64,000 bases of DNA from positions 62,001 to 126,000 of the forward strand of contig CDMY01000303.1 of assembly GCA_001179505.1 (NCBI GenBank). Direction: 5' to 3'. Position 1 is the first letter of the stretch. Every line of letters starts with the position of its first letter. The translations under genes and the position numbers were made by a program. The stretch comes from Vitrella brassicaformis CCMP3155. Its lineage: Eukaryota; Protista; Chromerida. Under the pieces are notes generated by a model. The model worked only from the letters and a program-made list of their open reading frames with translations. It was not told where the DNA came from and did not search any database. Of this stretch, positions 59,288-64,000 are shown piece after piece.

Positions 59288-61761
59288 CTTGTGGGAGTCG
59301 GTGTGACCGAGGGGGGGATGGAATCAGCACCTACACACGGTCACCAGAGACACACAGAAAGGTAGTCGGTTTCTGACAAGTGGGTGCGCAGCAGTGGCCG
59401 TGAGGTGCGGAGTGCTGTAGGGGGTGCAGCTGAGCTCACACTGGCTGCCAGTCACTGTCCCTCTCACCTTCTGCTTGGTGGTGCGGGCGGGGGGACCACA
59501 AAGATCAAAGCGGCACGATGACCGACGTGTAACTAAGGGGACAGACCAGTTTCGTTTAAGGTGCACAACACGTCAAGCCTCGCAGATGTGGCTTCCGCAA
59601 AGATCTGGATCTTGTCTCGCGTGTCAATAGCTCGCTGACTGCTCGACGCACCGGAGAAGTGCAGCGCAGCAACAACAGGACGATAAGCATCTGATCAAGG
59701 ACAACCACACCAACCACAGCGACCAACAGAGTCAGCAATGATCTCATCGTCTGTCTGTCTGATCTGGCTGTGAAGGTGTGGAGGGCGAGGCCGTCCGCCG
59801 TGCCGTTCGCTTTTCCTTTTGGCGTGCCGCGTGACACGACTGAGCAGCAGCAGGGCCATGACCAGCAGGCCGACAGCCAAGGCAACCCAAGGCATTGAGA
59901 AGGAGAGACCGGAGACCACCCTGGCTGGCCCTCATGGATGCGATGCGCCTCTGTGGCATCCGGCGGCTGGTGTGCCATGCATTGGATGCCGTCAGCCCCG
60001 ACGCTCAGCTCAGCTCAGCTGCACTGCTGCGGGAACACCTCAGCCACTTGTCTCGCCTCAGCTGGTGGGAACGAGTCGAAGTGCAGTTCAGAGCCACAGA
60101 GGGCAATGAGCCACGTCGGAGAGCCAATGAGATGCTCCAGGGGCCATCAGACAGCAGGGGATGAGCACCAGGTGAGAAGAACACAAGTCAGCACCGACGA
60201 AGAATCTCGTGACTGCTTCGGTTTTGGTTGTGTCTGGCAGGCCCTGGCCTGCTCGAGGGAATGACTGCAGCAGCGAGCGAATGCTTCATTTGCGAATCAC
60301 CGAGCTAAGCTCGCAAAGCGATCGGGGAGGGGAGGAAGGGGCGATGGGGCCAAAGTGCGTTGGATGGGGCCCGGGAGCTCTGAAATTGAAGTAGGGGCCG
60401 ATCTACTGAGGGGAGCGGTGATCTGGCGCTTCAATGCGTTTTGTCGGGGGTCCTAAGGAATCAGAGGCCAACCAGGTGACCGAAGGGGAGAGAGAGCACC
60501 GCAGACAGACTGCCGATGGCCGACGATGAGATCTGGTCGGACTGCAGGTGTCCTTCCCTCTCTGTCTGTTTGTCAGCGGCCAAGGATGACACGAGGGCAT
60601 GGCTGAGTGAATGAGGGGGGTCATCTGGCAGGTCTTATGTGCGGTGAGCCGCGTGGGTGCGGTGCCAGAAGGGACGACACTGCAGATAACTCATTGCCTT
60701 CTCTCCCTTGTGTATGTCACTTATGTGTTCAGCCTTGGTCGTGGACACGTGGCGCAGTCCAGCCGACGTGGGAGTGAGTGCGTCCATGAGGCGGCCGAGC
60801 AGAGCGCTGTGAGCGGCGCAGCGACAGACGTCGACGGACGGCTGTCATTTGCCCGGTGAGAGATCCATCCGAGAGTGACAAAGACCTGCCGGTTTGCAAT
60901 GTTTGTGTATGTTTGTTGCAGGTCTGTCTGTCTGGTGATGTGTCTGCCGACGCCGCTTCACCAGGCGCTCTCGGAGCGTTGTCATCGCCCCCTTGCTGAC
61001 TGGTGGCGGGGCGGCCTCACTGTGTGGCGTCGTTAATGCCTGGAGCTCCGGCAACAGTACGCTCAGAGGCTGAGGATCGAGGATGTCTTTCATCGAGGAG
61101 GTCGAGGTCGCCATACGCGAGAGACGTGTGGTGCCTCCTCCGCGTCGTGACATTGGCGTCAGTGCGTCAGGGCCGTCATGGGTACGGAAGGAAACACATC
61201 ACGTACATTCCTCCAGATCTGACCCATCAGTCGTATTATTGTGTGCGTGCAGACCATGAGCCACACGGTGCACAGCCGAGAGTGTCGGATTCGCTTCACG
61301 CCAGGAAAGGTCTCCTACGACACTGGTAGCATGGAGGCGCTGCGCTGCTCGGTGCTCTCCAGCTCAGACGGCAGCACCTGGTCAATGGCGGGTGCGGCAG
61401 GTGTGTGCCGTCGGCCAGCACGCGTGACAACGAGGAAGCCGGGCCTCAGCTGCATGGACTCGTGCAGGAGACGGTGACGGCCATCGACGCTGCACTCCCG
61501 CTCATCGCCAGGAACGAAATGCCGTCTCTCCAGGGCACCGTCCGGATGAGTCACATGCGCAACAGAAAAAGGTGCCGGCTGAGCTTTGGATGGGGCCCAA
61601 GTCTGGCCGAGACAAGCTGACAGCAGTCAGGCTGGCTCTTGAGGCCAAGTGGGACCATATGTTGGGCGAAGTATTGTCGATGAGTGGGCTATATGTGTAG
61701 TAGGTCTGCGTCACTGATGGATGACCGAGATTGGATGGACGAGTGGGGACGGTGTAGGGCT

Positions 61762-64000
61762 CTATTCTGTGTGGCTTTTCAACTGAAATGTGTAGGAGCC
61801 TGCCCTTAGTGTCTTAGGTCCGTGCATACCCTGCGGCACGTGTGTGCTTCTTGATGTGTTGCCTTATCAGGCATGCGCATTCATACCTGCCCGCTGCATG
61901 TTGGGGTGCGCACAGATTGATGAGGGCTGCCTTGCCCTCTTATCTTTCGCCTCTCTGACTGACTGTGTGTGTCGTCTCATGGCATGTGTGGACGTATGTG
62001 TGCGTACCGCAGTGATGACGTCCATCCATCCATCCATCCATCCACACCTACACACAGACACAGGCAGGGACAGGTGGGAGCGAGGGAGGGAGGGAGGGAC
62101 TGTTTGATTGAGCGACTGAGTGGCTATGGGCTGTGAGGCTGGCGATGTGTACATGTGGGGGGCAAGCTGCTTTTTGTGCCGGCCAGCGGATTGGAATTTT
62201 GTGTGTGCCATGCTGACTGGCTGACTGTCTGACTGTCTGAGTGTCTGTGTGTGTACGTGCGTACCGCAGTGCTGGCGGGTACACATCCACACATCCACAC
62301 ATGAGGGACGGGTGAAGGTGACCACACATGCGGTGTGTCCATCTCTTGTTGTATGTTTATCTGTGTGTGTAGTAATCGTACGCCTACGTCTGTCTACTCG
62401 TCCCCCTCTCTCTCTCGCAAATGATGGCCTTCTCGGCAAATGATGGGACACATTTCTGTGGGCAGAGAGTCCGGCCGATCAAATCCCATTGCAAACTGAC
62501 TATCGTGACACTCATGTGAGAACACAAAACAGCAGCAGAGTGACCATACGAGCGCACGCGAAATTGTGGAACACATTTATATGGGCAGAGATGAGACAAG
62601 GATGGCGGGCAGAGAGGGGCGCCATTGTGTGCTCCTCGTCCTCCTTTGCCTCTCCTCGATTACTTAGCGCCAAAGTTCGGGAGGGCAACGTGCTGGCCAG
62701 AGCATATCATCAGCTAGCCGACGCCTCACTGTGGGCTGCGCGTATGGTGGGGTGCTGGTTGCTTGACGCTGTATGTGTGTCTTGTCCCGTGGTTTGTGGT
62801 TGAGAGAGCGCCTGTGTGGTCGGTCAGTGTCATGTGTGTCTTTTGTCCGCACCGATGGATGCACTGAGTGGATGCCCGCACTCCAGCTATTTCGCACGAG
62901 ACACGATCAAGACGGACAATACTCCCGTCGTCCCTTGCGTATGTGCACCCGGTTTCTTCAAGCTTTTGATCGAAGCCACTCTAGACGACAACACAGTGGT
63001 CCATGTGGCCATCACGTGATATATATTGAAACGTCATAAGCGAATAAAAGGCAGAGGCAACACGACACGTCGACACGCAGAGCGTCTGTTGGGTAGGTAC
63101 TGTTTTGTTTGTGCGTCGCTGGGGAGCGATGCACAGGCAGGGAGGCAGCCACACAGCACAACAGAGATGTCAGCATCACATCAATCACATCACACCGGCA
63201 GCTATTCTGTGTGGCTTTTCAACTGAAATGTNNNNNNNNNNNNNNNNNNNNNNNNNNNNNNNNNNNNNNNNNNNNNNNNNNNNNNNNNNNNNNNNNNNNN
63301 NNNNNNNNNNNNNNNNNNNNNNNNNNNNNNNNNNNNNNNNNNNNNNNNNNNNNNNNNNNNNNNNNNNNNNNNNNNNNNNNNNNNNNNNNNNNNNNNNNNN
63401 NNNNNNNNNNNNNNNNNNNNNNNNNNNNNNNNNNNNNNNNNNNNNNNNNNNNNNNNNNNNNNNNNNNNNNNNNNNNNNNNNNNNNNNNNNNNNNNNNNNN
63501 NNNNNNNNNNNNNNNNNNNNNNNNNNNNNNNAAACAGCAGCAGAGTGACCATACGAGCGCACGCGAAATTGTGGAACACATTTATATGGGCAGAGATGAG
63601 ACAAGGATGGCGGGCAGAGAGGGGCGCCATTGTGTGCTCCTCGTCCTCCTTTGCCTCTCCTCGATTACTTAGCGCCAAAGTTCGGGAGGGCAACGTGCTG
63701 GCCAGAGCATATCATCAGCTAGCCGACGCCTCACTGTGGGCTGCGCGTATGGTGGGGTGCTGGTTGCTTGACGCTGTATGTGTGTCTTGTCCCGTGGTTT
63801 GTGGTTGAGAGAGCGCCTGTGTGGTCGGTCAGTGTCATGTGTGTCTTTTGTCCGCACCGATGGATGCACTGAGTGGATGCCCGCACTCCAGCTATTTCGC
63901 ACGAGACACGATCAAGACGGACAATACTCCCGTCGTCCCTTGCGTATGTGCACCCGGTTTCTTCAAGCTTTTGATCGAAGCCACTCTAGACGACAACACA
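61762..64000 (+). repeat. Tandem duplication with a ~1440 bp unit, interrupted by a gap
   Basis: 61762-61791 recurs at 63202-63231 (offset 1440). Sequence from 62527 onward recurs essentially identically from 63532 to the window end. Confidence 0.88.
63232..63531. other. Assembly gap (300 N) inside the tandem duplication
   Basis: Run of N. Confidence 0.99.

Noticed and set aside
59600-61700. Coding-like fragments on both strands (hydrophobic stretches at 59695-59919; exon-like blocks at 60950-61620)
   Set aside because: All frames are interrupted and no consistent splice model could be built; possibly a decayed gene, but not supportable.
62431-62500. Possible box C/D snoRNA (aaATGATGg...CTGA); a similar pattern at ~33399-33465
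   Set aside because: Box C is imperfect, there is no clear terminal stem and no rRNA guide could be verified by eye; it needs snoscan or Infernal.
1-64000. Hundreds of ORF-track entries rich in CVCV, THTH, DRQT, SIHP or GWMD
   Set aside because: These are translations of intronic or intergenic microsatellites, or antisense shadows of real exons.
1-64000. CRISPR arrays, tRNA, rRNA and spliceosomal snRNA genes
   Set aside because: No regular repeat-spacer structure, T-loop/cloverleaf or conserved rRNA/snRNA motifs were seen.

Overview
Gene-dense eukaryotic genomic DNA with many introns and four 300-N gaps. Introns are short and full of microsatellites (GACA/TGTC, GGAT, CA/TG). That, the GC-rich exons, a red-lineage LHC gene and signal-peptide+AF plastid presequences suggest a chromerid alga such as Vitrella brassicaformis (inference, not searched). 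Gene models were spliced by eye, so boundaries are approximate. About 20 protein genes are supported: a PAM2-motif protein, a coiled-coil protein, a plastid membrane protein, an SLC35C2-like transporter, ArfGAP, an F-box protein, a multipass membrane protein, a Cys2-type serine O-acyltransferase, a ~1500 aa secreted protein, linker histone H1, LHC, an arylsulfotransferase, a GalT-like enzyme, a U2AF65-like factor, LIN9/ALY, a plastid GIY-YIG-NFU fusion, and three copies of a secreted prepro-peptide with a hypervariable Cys-rich C-terminus. The most notable signals are: (1) the peptide family, in which every copy has a different lesion or an in-frame stop ahead of the Cys module; (2) the GIY-YIG-NFU fusion; (3) introns with AC-rich 5' halves and complementary GT-rich 3' halves. 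No rRNA, tRNA or CRISPR was recognised.
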